A stretch of DNA of 64,000 nucleotides from Candidatus Cloacimonadales bacterium (GTDB lineage Bacteria > Cloacimonadota > Cloacimonadia > Cloacimonadales > JAFGVF01), in contig CAXXOU010000001.1 in assembly GCA_963677495.2 (NCBI GenBank), positions 32,001-96,000 on the forward strand, read 5' to 3'. Position 1 is the first letter of the stretch; every line of letters starts with the position of its first letter. Below the pieces are notes generated by a model. The model was not told the origin of the DNA, ran no database searches, and saw only the letters and a program-made list of their open reading frames with translations. A program made the position numbers and the translations under genes. Below are positions 17,983 to 29,215 of the stretch, in pieces.

Positions 17983-20900
17983 CTATTTATCATGTCTTCT
18001 ATGCATCAAGAAATACAATCCCGGAATCATGAAGAGAGTCAGGATTGTTGATGTCATCATACCACCAATTTGTATCATCGCCATTGGGATACGATATTCA
18101 GCACCTGCAGTACCGATACCGAGAGCCATTGGCAACATACCAAGCTGGATAGCAAGAGTAGTCATGATAACTGTTTTCATTTTTGTAGGGGCAGCAATGA
18201 GAATGGCCTCTTTGAGAGGAATCTTCTCTTTCTCTTGTACCTGATTCGTATAATCCAGAATCAGAATAGCATCGTTCACAACCAGACCAATCAGCATGAT
18301 TATCGACATCATAGAGATGATGTTCATTGACTGTCCACTGATGAACATAAGAATAAACACACCAATTGTAGCCAAAGGAAGCGAGATAAGTATAATGAAA
18401 GGTCTTGTGAAGCTTTCAAGCAATGAAGCCAGAAGCATGTACACAAGTACAACCGCAATAATGAAGGCAAAAGCGAAATCAAGCATAGCTTCTTCCATCA
18501 TCTCAGCCTGTCCACCCCATGTTACAGTTGTTCCACGTGGCAATTCGACTTCATCAAGTCGTGCTTTAATTTCATTTACAATATTTCCGAGAGGTACACC
18601 CGGAGCAGGCGAAGCAGTAAATGCTACTGAGTTAACCTTGTCTCTATGACGAATCTGGGTTGGCCCCTCTTCGAATGTGATATCAGCCAACTGAGAAACA
18701 GTATAAGTTCCCATAGGAGTAAGAACTGTTAAGTTTTCCACTTCTTCAGGAGAATCAATTGCTGTATCTTGTAGTGATACTCTGATATCATACTCCAAAC
18801 CTTTATCTCTGAACACTGTTGGAGTAACACCTTCAGCAGCATTTCTTAAGAACATACCAAGTTCGAATGCTGTGATTCCTGCATCAGCAAGCTGATCACG
18901 CTTTGGATTTAAAACAAGCTCAGGCATACCTGTTCTTAGACTTGTATCGAAGTTAATCATACCGGGAACTGTTTCAATCTTCTCTTTAACAATAGGCCCC
19001 AGTTCTTCCACAACTTCTCTTGAAGAGTGTTTAAGATAGATCTCAATTGGTGCACCACCGTCGTTTTCACCTGTTGCAACAGCGATAACGGCATTCGGCA
19101 CATCAGAAAGTTCTTTAATGATCTGCTTGATAAAGTTATATGTTTTCACTTCTCTTTGAGTAGCATCAACCATGATAGCTGTTACACTACTTTCATTAGT
19201 TCCTGAATCACTACCAAGGGTAGTAAGAACCATCTCAACTTCCGGATGAGCTGTAATTCTATTAACTACCTCTTCCATAACTTCAGCAGATTGCTCTAAT
19301 GAATAACCCAAAGGCAACTCAACAGAGATTGTGAAGTTTCCTTCATCCATATCAGGGAAGAATGAGAAACCAATTCTTGGAGCTACTGTGAATAGTACTA
19401 TAAAGAAAATGACAAACACAGCTACTGTGAGTAATACAGGATTTCTTCTGTTAGAAAGAAGTTTAGAAAGCACTCCATGATACCAATGCTGTAGTTTCTC
19501 TAAGAAGTTCTCCATGAAGTTACCAAATCTAGTCTTCTTCTCGGTCTTAGGAATCATCACAGATGCAAGCATTGGCGTAAGTGTGAATGACATGAAGAGT
19601 GAGAATACTGTAGCTACTGACACAGTAAGAGCAAACTCTTTAAAGAACATGCCAACCATAGAAGACATGTTTGCGATCGGCAAGAACACAACAAGGTTAG
19701 TAGCAGTTGATGCCATAACGGCAGCAGTAACCTCGGCAGAACCTACACGCGCAGCTTCTCCTCTATCTCCAAGAAGTCTTTTATGTCTGAAGATGTTTTC
19801 AAGCACTACAATTGAGTTTGACACAAGAACACCCACAGCAGTCGACAACCCCATCAGTGTCATCATATTGATTGAGAAGCCAAGTCGACTAAGCACCATA
19901 AATGATGATACAATTGATGTAGGCATTGAAAGGGCAATAATCAAAGTTGAACGAATATCATGCAAGAATACATAAAGAATCAAACCTGTAAGGATAATAC
20001 CCAATAGAAGGTTAACAAATGTGTCCTTAATTGAGCTTTTAATGAACTCAGAATCATCAAAGAACAGCTCTAAGTTAACTCCTGCAGGAAGTTCTTCCTG
20101 TAAAACGGGAATCATCTCTTTCACATTACGAGCAATAGATACAGTGTTACCATCAGAAGCTTTGATAATTCCAAGCTTAATAACGTTAGGATCTTTTACT
20201 TTAGTTTTAGTATTGAAATAGATAGAACGTTTACGAACTTCTTTAATAGTATCGTCTACTTCTGCGATTTCTTTTACTCTTTTGTTTCCTTTTGTAGTTG
20301 GGATTCTAAGATTTTCAATCTCCTCTACTGTATCAAATTCAGCATCAGTTCTAAGAGCATACTCCCTAATTTTACGAGTAAATCTACCACCTGAAAGGTC
20401 TAGATTACTTGCTGATATATACTGAGCAAACTGATCAAGGGTTAATTGATTCTCAAAGAGAATTCTATCAGTCGTTTTAATCTGAATCTCACGTTCCTGA
20501 CCACCTGAAAGCTCAACTGATGCCACACCTTCTACTTGGTAGAAACGGTCTTTCACATAGTTTTCAGCAAGGTCAAAAAGCTCGGTTTCAGATACATCAC
20601 CACTAAGAATCAGCTGTACGATTGGTTCAGCACCAAACTCGAATTTTTCAACTGTTGGAGATTCTGCATCTCCCGGTAGCTGACTTAGAATTGTGTTAAT
20701 CTTATCTTTAACTTCCTGGTTTGCAAGATCCACATCTTTATCCATATTGAATCTTAGCACAACAGTTGAAACACTATTCATAGAGTATGACTCCACGAAG
20801 TCGAGTCCACTCACCGTTGAAAGAGCTTCTTCAATCTTTTCAGAAACCTGAGTTTCGATTTCAGAAGGTCCTGCTCCCGGATAAACGGTTTGGACAATAA

Positions 20901-21033
20901 TGTAAGGGATACTCACATCCGGCATAAGTGATACCGGAAGGTTGAGCATTGAAATTATACCAAATAACAACAACGCTATGATTACCATGGTTGTCATTAC
21001 AGGTTTTTTAGTTGATATATTTGATAAAAACAT
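17983..21033 (-). CDS. RND efflux permease (AcrB/HAE1 family)
   Basis: 1016 aa, YPGAGPSEIE, SIVVLENIFR, two-fold TM architecture. Confidence 0.95.
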   Translation of the reverse strand: MFLSNISTKKPVMTTMVIIALLLFGIISMLNLPVSLMPDVSIPYIIVQTVYPGAGPSEIETQVSEKIEEALSTVSGLDFVESYSMNSVSTVVLRFNMDKDVDLANQEVKDKINTILSQLPGDAESPTVEKFEFGAEPIVQLILSGDVSETELFDLAENYVKDRFYQVEGVASVELSGGQEREIQIKTTDRILFENQLTLDQFAQYISASNLDLSGGRFTRKIREYALRTDAEFDTVEEIENLRIPTTKGNKRVKEIAEVDDTIKEVRKRSIYFNTKTKVKDPNVIKLGIIKASDGNTVSIARNVKEMIPVLQEELPAGVNLELFFDDSEFIKSSIKDTFVNLLLGIILTGLILYVFLHDIRSTLIIALSMPTSIVSSFMVLSRLGFSINMMTLMGLSTAVGVLVSNSIVVLENIFRHKRLLGDRGEAARVGSAEVTAAVMASTATNLVVFLPIANMSSMVGMFFKEFALTVSVATVFSLFMSFTLTPMLASVMIPKTEKKTRFGNFMENFLEKLQHWYHGVLSKLLSNRRNPVLLTVAVFVIFFIVLFTVAPRIGFSFFPDMDEGNFTISVELPLGYSLEQSAEVMEEVVNRITAHPEVEMVLTTLGSDSGTNESSVTAIMVDATQREVKTYNFIKQIIKELSDVPNAVIAVATGENDGGAPIEIYLKHSSREVVEELGPIVKEKIETVPGMINFDTSLRTGMPELVLNPKRDQLADAGITAFELGMFLRNAAEGVTPTVFRDKGLEYDIRVSLQDTAIDSPEEVENLTVLTPMGTYTVSQLADITFEEGPTQIRHRDKVNSVAFTASPAPGVPLGNIVNEIKARLDEVELPRGTTVTWGGQAEMMEEAMLDFAFAFIIAVVLVYMLLASLLESFTRPFIILISLPLATIGVFILMFISGQSMNIISMMSIIMLIGLVVNDAILILDYTNQVQEKEKIPLKEAILIAAPTKMKTVIMTTLAIQLGMLPMALGIGTAGAEYRIPMAMIQIGGMMTSTILTLFMIPGLYFLMHRRHDK

Positions 21034-21042
21034 CTATGTTCC

Positions 21043-22074
21043 TTAGTTCAATACTTTAAGTTTACTACCATCTTTCACACGATTATAACCTTTAGAAATA
21101 ATCATATCACCGGCTTTAAGACCTGACTTAACTTCTACTTTGAGATCATTATTGATACCAAGTTTAAGAGCTCTCTTCTCTGCATTACCATTGTTGTTAA
21201 CCCAAGTTGTTATATTCTTACCTGCTCCGGCAATATAGACTCTTTCAAGAGCTATAATGTTCTTCTTACTTAAGAGTGTTAACTCAACATCAGCAGTAAC
21301 TCCACCCTTAATTTTGTAACCTGCATTATCGAACTCAATTTCTGTTCTAAAAGCTTTACGCATTGGGTTCATGTTCAAAGCAACAGCAGTAACTTTACCG
21401 TTAATGCTTCTACCTTTCCACATAGCTTTAGCTTTCTGACCTTTCTTAACTGAGTTAATGTCATCTTCGTTAACCCATACTTCAGCTTTCAGCTTGGAAA
21501 GCTCAGAGATTGTGAAAAGATTATCATCAGGGAATACTCTGTCAGATTCTCCAACATGCATCTCAGTAATTATACCTGCGATAGGTGCTTTAGCTTCAAT
21601 CATGTCAGTAACATTGTTAAGACTTGCTTCTAAAACAGCTACTTGTGTTTCCATCTGATCGATATCCTGCTTTGAGATTCCACCTTCCGCAAACACAGAA
21701 CGCATTCTTTCAAGAGTTTGTACTGCATCATCATATTGTGATTTAGTCTGATGATACTGAGCCATTGCATTGTCGTTAGGGAACTGCATTACAACAGCAT
21801 CTTTCTCTACATAATCACCTACTTTATAGAGAACTTTCTCAACCTGGTCAGCCACACTACTAATCTGTGTAATCTCTCTAACACCTTCCATAGTTGTGAA
21901 GAAGGTTCTTGTTTTCACAAGGTCACTCTTTTCAATAGTCATTACCTCAACAGGGATACCCTCTTCTCTATATATATCTTCCATTGATTTTGTTTCTACA
22001 ACTTCCTCTTTCCCGCAACCACTGAATAGAACTGCAATAACGAGAACGAGTGCTAAAAATATACCTTTTTTCAT
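21043..22074 (-). CDS. RND periplasmic adaptor (MFP), lipoprotein
   Basis: Lipobox FSGC, KAPIAGII, GLKAGDMII. Confidence 0.92.
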   Translation of the reverse strand: MKKGIFLALVLVIAVLFSGCGKEEVVETKSMEDIYREEGIPVEVMTIEKSDLVKTRTFFTTMEGVREITQISSVADQVEKVLYKVGDYVEKDAVVMQFPNDNAMAQYHQTKSQYDDAVQTLERMRSVFAEGGISKQDIDQMETQVAVLEASLNNVTDMIEAKAPIAGIITEMHVGESDRVFPDDNLFTISELSKLKAEVWVNEDDINSVKKGQKAKAMWKGRSINGKVTAVALNMNPMRKAFRTEIEFDNAGYKIKGGVTADVELTLLSKKNIIALERVYIAGAGKNITTWVNNNGNAEKRALKLGINNDLKVEVKSGLKAGDMIISKGYNRVKDGSKLKVLN

Positions 22075-23366
22075 TACATCTCCTTTGATAAATCTCTGCC
22101 TATAGCTTTCAGTAAACTAAGCCAGTTGATCTTTGCTTCATACATAGCATTCAGATGGCTTATCTTTGTACTCTTCCATGTTAACTGTGCATCACTAACT
22201 TCAAGCTGTGTACCAAGTTTGTTCTGGTAACGGGTTTCAGCTATGCGAAGTGCCCTTTGTGCAAGACTAACATTCTTCTCTTCTGTTGCCAGCTTCTGGA
22301 TACTGGCTTGATAACTTTTATGTGCATTAGTGATTTCAAGCTCGACCTTGTTCTTAAGGTCATTCTCTGCAATCACAGCATTCTTATATTGATATTTTGC
22401 TGACCTCTTCTCGTGATGGTTAGTAAGTCCTTTGAAGATTGGCCATTGGAAAGAGACTCCCCAATTGTATGTATCGCCAAAGTCTTCTCCCTCTATACCA
22501 TAATCATCTGATAGACCATAATGTGTGTATCCTGCGCTTGCCTGTAAGTTAGGTAAGAAATACAAGCTTTCATTCTTATAGTTGATCTCCTGCATCTCTC
22601 TACTTAGAGCTAATACTTGAAGTTCATCCCTTGTTTCTGTTCCGGTAGCAATTGCATTTGAAAGCTCAATAAGTTCACCCTCTGTAAACTCAATTGCACC
22701 TTCAACACTCATCTCACCATCAGTCCAACCAATGTAGTCTTCGAGATTCTTTGTAGCAAGAGCTACAGCTTTCTCAGCATCTGTTACATCCGGTTCTAGA
22801 CGTGAAACAGCAAGCTCAGCATTAAGCATATCATATTCACTTACAAGCTCCTGTTCGTACATAACCTGAACCTGACGATAATGCCTTCTCGCAACTTCTA
22901 GAGCTTCCTGTTGAGTTGCATAAAGCTCTTGTGCAAGCAGAACATTGTAATATGCTTCATAAGTTCCGAAAACTATGTTGTTTTCAGTTACGCTAACGTT
23001 TACATCTTGAAGATTCGTATAAACCTTAGCTGCCCTTAAGCCAAGAAATACTGAAGATGAAAAGAGAATCTGACTTGCCTGAATCCCGGCAGCCAAGCTT
23101 GTCTCTTTCTGCTCATCTGTCCCATACATAGCTGTCTGATTATCAGAAAGCAATGTCGTTGTCTGTTTAAACTCTCCAACAGCATCAATTTGAGGATAGA
23201 GTATGCCCTTTGTTCCTCGATAATCTGAATATGCTATTTTCTTCTCATTCCTGGAAGTTTGCATATCAGGATTGTTTTCTAATGCCATGTTAATAGCATC
23301 TTCAATCGTTAATGCTTGGAGTAATATAGGCAAAATCAATACCCATATCAATAGAAACCTTTTCAT
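22074..23366 (-). CDS. TolC-family outer membrane channel
   Basis: LTIEDAINMALENNPD, YPQID, RYQNKLGTQLEV. Start moved to ATG 23366 (GGAGG, signal peptide). Confidence 0.92.
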   Translation of the reverse strand: MKRFLLIWVLILPILLQALTIEDAINMALENNPDMQTSRNEKKIAYSDYRGTKGILYPQIDAVGEFKQTTTLLSDNQTAMYGTDEQKETSLAAGIQASQILFSSSVFLGLRAAKVYTNLQDVNVSVTENNIVFGTYEAYYNVLLAQELYATQQEALEVARRHYRQVQVMYEQELVSEYDMLNAELAVSRLEPDVTDAEKAVALATKNLEDYIGWTDGEMSVEGAIEFTEGELIELSNAIATGTETRDELQVLALSREMQEINYKNESLYFLPNLQASAGYTHYGLSDDYGIEGEDFGDTYNWGVSFQWPIFKGLTNHHEKRSAKYQYKNAVIAENDLKNKVELEITNAHKSYQASIQKLATEEKNVSLAQRALRIAETRYQNKLGTQLEVSDAQLTWKSTKISHLNAMYEAKINWLSLLKAIGRDLSKEM

Positions 23367-23416
23367 TTTTCCTCCAAATATATTTTCTTTAAATATTGTT
23401 CTCAGACGTAGCAAAA

Positions 23417-24034
23417 TTAGTTCTTCCCTCCCTCTTTAAAGAGTATGTTCTTAAAAGTAATATCTAAGAATGTTTCTCCCCAATCAGCTAAATTAACAAT
23501 TTCGGGGAGTTCAAATGATCCCCATATTAAACCTGCCACCACATTGTTAATGTAAAAATTGTATTGTTTCGGTGTAAGTTCATCTTTGAACTCACCGAGT
23601 TTAATTCCCTCTTCTATTATATCTGTGAAATTAAGAAACATCTCTTTAGCACATTTTTCTTCTTCAGTGAGTTCCATAACCTTCATCTCTGTTTTATTCA
23701 CAGCTATCTCAATCGCCATATGCATCTTTTTGTTACTAAAAATCATCTCTAAGATTGATTTATATATAGTCTGCATCTTCTCTTTTGGTCGCATCTGCTT
23801 CTTTCGATAGTAGTCCCCCAAAACAAGAATCTGTTTAGTATTCTCCTCCAAAACTGCTCTTAGAAGCTCCTCTTTACTCTGGAAATGCCAGTATAAGGCA
23901 CCTTTAGTAACACCAGCTTCCTCGCATATATCTTTAATGGAAGTTGCGTTATAACCGTACTCATAGAATACTTTCAAGGCAGAATCTAAAATAATCTGCC
24001 TAGTCACCATTGCTTCCTCTTTTGTTCTTCTCAT
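23417..24034 (-). CDS. TetR/AcrR-family regulator
   Basis: MRRTKEEAMVTRQIIL...AGVTKGALYWHFQSKEEL. Confidence 0.93.
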   Translation of the reverse strand: MRRTKEEAMVTRQIILDSALKVFYEYGYNATSIKDICEEAGVTKGALYWHFQSKEELLRAVLEENTKQILVLGDYYRKKQMRPKEKMQTIYKSILEMIFSNKKMHMAIEIAVNKTEMKVMELTEEEKCAKEMFLNFTDIIEEGIKLGEFKDELTPKQYNFYINNVVAGLIWGSFELPEIVNLADWGETFLDITFKNILFKEGGKN

Positions 24035-24043
24035 ATAACCTTC

Positions 24044-24270
24044 CATACAAACCAAGTAGTATTTTTTGATTTATTTTGCTATTTTATAATAACTTAACAT
24101 TTATTTATGTCACAATAAAAGCGAACATTTTGTGCTTCTGTTCATGTTTGTCATTAATAAGTTCAAAATATCCATGATCTCTTAACACACTATAAACAGT
24201 GTTAATTACAAGATTTCTCATCATAACACCCCTATACATACAAACCGTTTGGTATGCATTATTATGTCAA
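24044..24270 (-). promoter_or_regulatory. Two putative TetR operators and a -35 box
   Basis: CATAC-AAACCGTTTG-GTATG (24237-24256) and a degenerate copy CATACAAACCAAGTAGTATT (24044-24063); TTGACA on minus at 24270-24265. Confidence 0.65.
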
Positions 24271-24430
24271 CATCTTTTAAAAAAATATTCTGTTTAGTGA
24301 GTAAACTAAGGGTGTAATTGATTATTCTATCGTTATTGAATAGGAAGTAGTTATGTTCGTTTTTAGAGCACGAACAAAAGATGTGATAATTCTATCACAA
24401 AAATGTATTGTAATGGGTTGTCAGCTAATT

Positions 24431-27223
24431 CTATTTCATCAAAACTGTCTTCACAGTTTTGACTGCATTACCGCTTTGTAGTTTAATAAAGTAGATTCCT
24501 GATGAACATTGGTTACCACTCTTATCAGAGCCGTTCCAAATAACTGTATGTTGTCCGCGGTTCAGGTCGTCATCTAACAGTGTATTCACGTTTTGTCCCC
24601 TTATATTATATATCTCAAGTTTAACTTTACTATTTTCATTAACAAAGAATCTTATATTAGTTACAGGATTAAACGGATTAGGATAATTATTTAACCGTAA
24701 CGGTTGATTGTATGTATGCACTTCTGCATTGTCAACTAAATCTTCACCAAAAGTCTCTACTAAGTGTGCTATAATAGTTCTACTATCATCTAAATAGTAG
24801 AGAGGAACTGATATAATAGATGTTGGTTGACTAATTCTTCCAACAGAAGTTCCCGAATACTGTCCTTGGTCAGTATCAGCAGCAAAATTAGTTTCCCATA
24901 CAATAGATCCGGTAGCATCAACCGGAGTATATGATTCAATCATAATTAGGTGACTGTCAAAGCTAGTCCAAACCAAGTTATCATCTAAAACTAAGGAAAC
25001 TGCTGCATCTTGATAATTGTAAGATATACCATTCAAGGCTGCAGTATTGCTGTAATCAACTGCAGTAATCCCAAACTGATTTAATATATCACCTTCCATG
25101 ATCTCGTAAGGATAACCCATGATTTCATTGAGCTGCGTAGCTACTTTGTAACCGGCAAGCATTATCTTACCACCTAGGTCTAGATATTGTTCAAAAACAT
25201 TATCTGCATCTTCTAACATATTGCCGGCTGAGATACTATTACAGAACCAGAAAACACTTGAATATCTACATAAATCTACCAGCTCAATATTTTCAATATC
25301 TTCAGTATCAATAAACTGATATGGAATTCCTTCAAAACTACTATTATAGAATTCATCACACTCTTCTCTTGTGGGTCTCATAAAACTACCATTACCGGAA
25401 AGAGTATCATCTATTACTAACAATCCCTCGGATAACGATATAGTTGCTCCTCTTAGAATCTCTGTTGGTTCACTTTCATTACCATCAATATCTACTGCTG
25501 TAACATAGTAGTTATAGATTACACCATCTTCGATTCCTAAGTCACTATAGAAATTGTCAGTAAGCGTAATAATATCAACTTCTGTCTGAACTTCCTGAGA
25601 TTTATATAAGTTGTAATGTGAGAAATCTATCTCTGAGTTCTCAGTCCACTGCAAGCTTATATCATCAACACTTAAACTTACCTCAAACTGTTCAGGTGTT
25701 CTTGGGACTTCCATTGGAGTAACATTTACCTCTGTGTAAAGACCCGGTTCTCCATCTTGCATGATTGAGATACCTACATAATATGTTTGACCCGGTGTTA
25801 ATCCGGAAAGAATATACTGTGTATCAGTTGTATCAAAGTAATCGCTATAGGAGTTTTCATAAGTCCCTACTCCTATACGATAGGTTGTTCCTACATCATA
25901 GCTATCCCAGTTCAACTGCACATCCGTACCAGTACCGCTATCAGTTGCAGTGAAATTATCAACATAAACCATGTACATATCAGCAAAAATAACCGATGCA
26001 ACACTAAGCTTAACCATCTCAGTGAAATATGGCAAGTTCATATTAGCAATTATATCATCCAAAGAATGGTAGTAGGGAGAGAATGTATGCTCCTGATTAA
26101 AAATAGAAGGGAAGCCATTTCTAGCAAAAGACCAACTATCTGAATAATGAGAATCCATTTGAGGGAATGGATTTGACTCAAGTGTAGTATACTGTCCTGC
26201 TAACATCTCTTCCATATATTTTAAGTATTCGAACCCACTATAAGCAATAAGATTCAACATCCAAGGTGAGTCTGTTGGTTGAGTTCCAACCATATCATTG
26301 TTGAGCATAAAAATAACGTCTTCATCATTAAAATACATCTCATTAGATATATCTTCACTACCGTGTAAGCCAAGTTCTTCTGCTTCATAAGTCATAAACA
26401 TCATTGTATATCGAGGTTGGTAACCACTTTCAAGAATAACTCTGGCAGTTTCTAAGGCTGCAAGGGTACCTGTTCCATTATCGTCAGAACCCGGTGCACC
26501 TAACATAGGGTCTCCCTGATTAACTATTGAGTCATGGTGTCCTCCAATTATAATGATCTTCTCAGGGCTAACAGTACCCGGTATCACCGCAATTACATTA
26601 GATTCAGGATGATTAAATACCGTGAAGTCAGATTCCCTGAACTGAGTTATGCCGTACTGAGTAAACTTATCCGTAAGCCAGTTCACAACTTCAAAACGAT
26701 TTGGATGAAGACAATATCTGGTTACAAAGTCTTCAAGATGTTGTAGATTTACTGTTAACGTATCCTGACTTACTAATGCCAGTGCATCATCAATAGCATT
26801 TCTGGAGTTAAAGACTTGATTTCTATCAAAGCTTCTCACCTCTTTGGGAAACACCATGGGGTAAAGCTTTTGTATTCTTCTATTTTGAGGAGATTTAATC
26901 TTACGAATAGCAGACTTAGAGACAATATTAGAATTGTTATGTGTAAAAAGTACTTCCAACTCTTCAAGCTCTCCCTCTACAAGAAAAAGCTCTTCACTGT
27001 TTCCTACTTTTAGCAACTTGTACTTGTAATCAAGCGAGTTAAGTTGTGATTTGTCAGTTTCATCAATTTCTGCCACCACAAACTCTTCATTTAACCAATA
27101 AACTTGGTCCAGTTTTCTTATAGTATTAAAGTCATCTTCAAATCGAGTGATTAAGACTAAATCTGATGCAAACAAAGCAATTGTGAATATATAGAGAGCT
27201 ATTACTAGTTTTATCTTTTTCAT
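24431..27223 (-). CDS. Secreted M28-family peptidase with FN3 repeats and a C-terminal FlgD-Ig/T9SS-like domain
   Basis: GGHHDS, GSDDNGTG, AEELGLHGS, NNDMVG, YYHS; C-terminal NYPNPFNP...SGIYFIKL...VLMK. Confidence 0.88.
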   Translation of the reverse strand: MKKIKLVIALYIFTIALFASDLVLITRFEDDFNTIRKLDQVYWLNEEFVVAEIDETDKSQLNSLDYKYKLLKVGNSEELFLVEGELEELEVLFTHNNSNIVSKSAIRKIKSPQNRRIQKLYPMVFPKEVRSFDRNQVFNSRNAIDDALALVSQDTLTVNLQHLEDFVTRYCLHPNRFEVVNWLTDKFTQYGITQFRESDFTVFNHPESNVIAVIPGTVSPEKIIIIGGHHDSIVNQGDPMLGAPGSDDNGTGTLAALETARVILESGYQPRYTMMFMTYEAEELGLHGSEDISNEMYFNDEDVIFMLNNDMVGTQPTDSPWMLNLIAYSGFEYLKYMEEMLAGQYTTLESNPFPQMDSHYSDSWSFARNGFPSIFNQEHTFSPYYHSLDDIIANMNLPYFTEMVKLSVASVIFADMYMVYVDNFTATDSGTGTDVQLNWDSYDVGTTYRIGVGTYENSYSDYFDTTDTQYILSGLTPGQTYYVGISIMQDGEPGLYTEVNVTPMEVPRTPEQFEVSLSVDDISLQWTENSEIDFSHYNLYKSQEVQTEVDIITLTDNFYSDLGIEDGVIYNYYVTAVDIDGNESEPTEILRGATISLSEGLLVIDDTLSGNGSFMRPTREECDEFYNSSFEGIPYQFIDTEDIENIELVDLCRYSSVFWFCNSISAGNMLEDADNVFEQYLDLGGKIMLAGYKVATQLNEIMGYPYEIMEGDILNQFGITAVDYSNTAALNGISYNYQDAAVSLVLDDNLVWTSFDSHLIMIESYTPVDATGSIVWETNFAADTDQGQYSGTSVGRISQPTSIISVPLYYLDDSRTIIAHLVETFGEDLVDNAEVHTYNQPLRLNNYPNPFNPVTNIRFFVNENSKVKLEIYNIRGQNVNTLLDDDLNRGQHTVIWNGSDKSGNQCSSGIYFIKLQSGNAVKTVKTVLMK

Positions 27224-27440
27224 TTTTATCTCCTCTTAACGACTGTAAATATGTAATCACATCAACTGCATGTCAATGAATAATTTCTAGTCCATTGGAT
27301 AAATGGGAATAGTTCTCAGACTTAAGAAAGATTTTTTATTGATACTATACAAGGAACAGTTTACTATCTTGATATAAACATTCATTCTGCATCAGTCTAC
27401 TTTCAGCTTGTCTTTATTCTTTCATGTTTCTATCATAATA

Positions 27441-27550
27441 CACGGGATTTCTCTGGGAGTTTGTAGTGACTATCTAGGGAATTTCTCGGGCAAAGCCCCG
27501 TGTGATTCCCGAGAGAGTCCCGAGAGATTCCCGAGTGTGTCCCGTGTTTT
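27441..27550. repeat. 11-bp-periodic imperfect palindromic array
   Basis: (T/C)CCCG at 27496, 27507, 27518, 27529 and 27540, preceded by five degenerate inverted 11-mers from 27441. Confidence 0.75.
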
Positions 27551-27684
27551 GAATTGGAGCATAGAGAGTACAATGATATCGAAAGACTTACTAATACTTT
27601 CAATAAAGTTTGTTAAAGACTTGACATCGGGTATTATCTCTATACAAATTTTGTAGCTAAAAATGAGATTAAGGATATGCGTTT

Positions 27685-28326
27685 ATGTTAAACAAAGAGA
27701 AATACAACTTACCGGATATAGATTTACTTGAAACTAAGAAAGAGGGATTGAGTTTTATCGTCTGGCATCCAAACAGGACTTATGCTATTTTAGGAGCTTC
27801 GAATAAAGCAGAAAGTAGTTTCCATCTTGACGCCATCGGAAAAGATGAAGTAATCATCCAACATCGCCCAAGTGGTGGAGAATCTGTTCTTTTAACCCCT
27901 AATACATTGGTAATCTCCTTCAATATCCACACTAAAGAGAAGATTAATCCTAAGAAGTTCTTTATATACATAAACAGCACAATTATTAAAGCATTGGAGT
28001 CTCTAGGGTATACTGATTTGTCCGTTCGAGGAATCTCCGATATATGTTTAGGTCCAAAGAAAATCTTAGGTTGCTCGATTTACCGTAATGCCAATGGAAT
28101 ACTATATCAATCAGTTTTAAATGTCAGCGAAAACCCTACCCTTTTTAGTAAGTACTTAAAGCATCCGGAGCGAGAACCGGATTACAGAAAAGGACGCAAA
28201 CATGGTGAGTTTGTTACAACCTTGGCTTCTCAGCAGAGCGACTTGAATTCTACAATGTTAAGTGATAAGCTATCAAAGATAATCAAACATCTTGTAAATG
28301 AATTTGACATCACTTTGCTACGATAA
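27685..28326 (+). CDS. Lipoate-protein ligase/BPL-LplA-LipB family protein
   Basis: RPSGGESV, GISDI, KKILG, EPDYRKGRKH. Confidence 0.8.
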   Translation: MLNKEKYNLPDIDLLETKKEGLSFIVWHPNRTYAILGASNKAESSFHLDAIGKDEVIIQHRPSGGESVLLTPNTLVISFNIHTKEKINPKKFFIYINSTIIKALESLGYTDLSVRGISDICLGPKKILGCSIYRNANGILYQSVLNVSENPTLFSKYLKHPEREPDYRKGRKHGEFVTTLASQQSDLNSTMLSDKLSKIIKHLVNEFDITLLR

Positions 28327-28570
28327 AGGAGCCCAAAGTACACATTGTTATCAACTTGATTATTGTTTTTTCAAATAATCAATTGACATCTATGCAAAGA
28401 TGATTCTTGTTTTTGAATAAAGTTCATATATTTTATCTTGGATACTTTTTAGGAAAGAAAGTGTAAGCGAAGAACATCCTTGATCTTGCAGGATTACAAA
28501 AATACTGTCATAAATAAACGATACTACGAGTAGATAAAACTATCACCTAACGTTTACAGTGGAGGTATAT

Positions 28571-29215
28571 ATGGAATTACAACAATCCATAAACCGTTTT
28601 ATTAATTCCCTTCTAACCATGGATCGAATGAATGCTAAATCTATCCTCTCAGAGTTATCTGAAGACATTGGTCCACTTAAGATTACTTCAAAATTAATTG
28701 TCCCTGCTCTTGATGAGATTGGATTAGGATGGGAAAAAGGTAAATTATCGCTATCGCAGGTTTATATGGCCGGAAGAATTTGTGAACAACTCATTGATGG
28801 AATATTAAAACCTGAAAGCCCACTCAGAATTAAACAACCCAGAATTGGGATATGTGTCTTACAAGATCACCATATTTTGGGGAAAAGAGTTATTCAATCC
28901 GCACTAAGAGCGAGTGGGTATGATGTTATTGATCTTGGACATGGATTATCAATAATGGATATCATAAAGTTAACGCAAGAGAAAAAAATTCAGATATTGA
29001 TGATTTCTGTCCTAATGCTTCCATCTGCATTGCAAATCAAAGAGATAACAAATGCTTTGAAACCTGAGGGAGTAATCACTATAGTGGGTGGTGCTCCATT
29101 TAGGCTTGATGACAATCTGGTTAATGAAGTCGGAGCAGACTACACAGGTAACAATGCCGGTAAAGCAATCACTATAGTAAACAAAATTGTGGAGGAGTAT
29201 AATGGAAAAAATTAG
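28571..29215 (+). CDS. Cobalamin-binding (corrinoid) protein, MtaC/MetH-type
   Basis: B12 cap helix (PALDEIGLGWEKG), DHHILG (DxHxxG), SVL, GGAP. ATG 28571 follows GGAGG. Confidence 0.9.
   Translation: MELQQSINRFINSLLTMDRMNAKSILSELSEDIGPLKITSKLIVPALDEIGLGWEKGKLSLSQVYMAGRICEQLIDGILKPESPLRIKQPRIGICVLQDHHILGKRVIQSALRASGYDVIDLGHGLSIMDIIKLTQEKKIQILMISVLMLPSALQIKEITNALKPEGVITIVGGAPFRLDDNLVNEVGADYTGNNAGKAITIVNKIVEEYNGKN

Noticed and set aside
27408..27656. 82-aa ORF across the 11-mer array
   Set aside because: No RBS; the open frame is explained by the GC-rich repeats.
28327..28570. Cobalamin riboswitch upstream of the B12 operons (also 35890-36311)
   Set aside because: No recognisable B12-box or conserved core by eye; an Rfam scan would be definitive.
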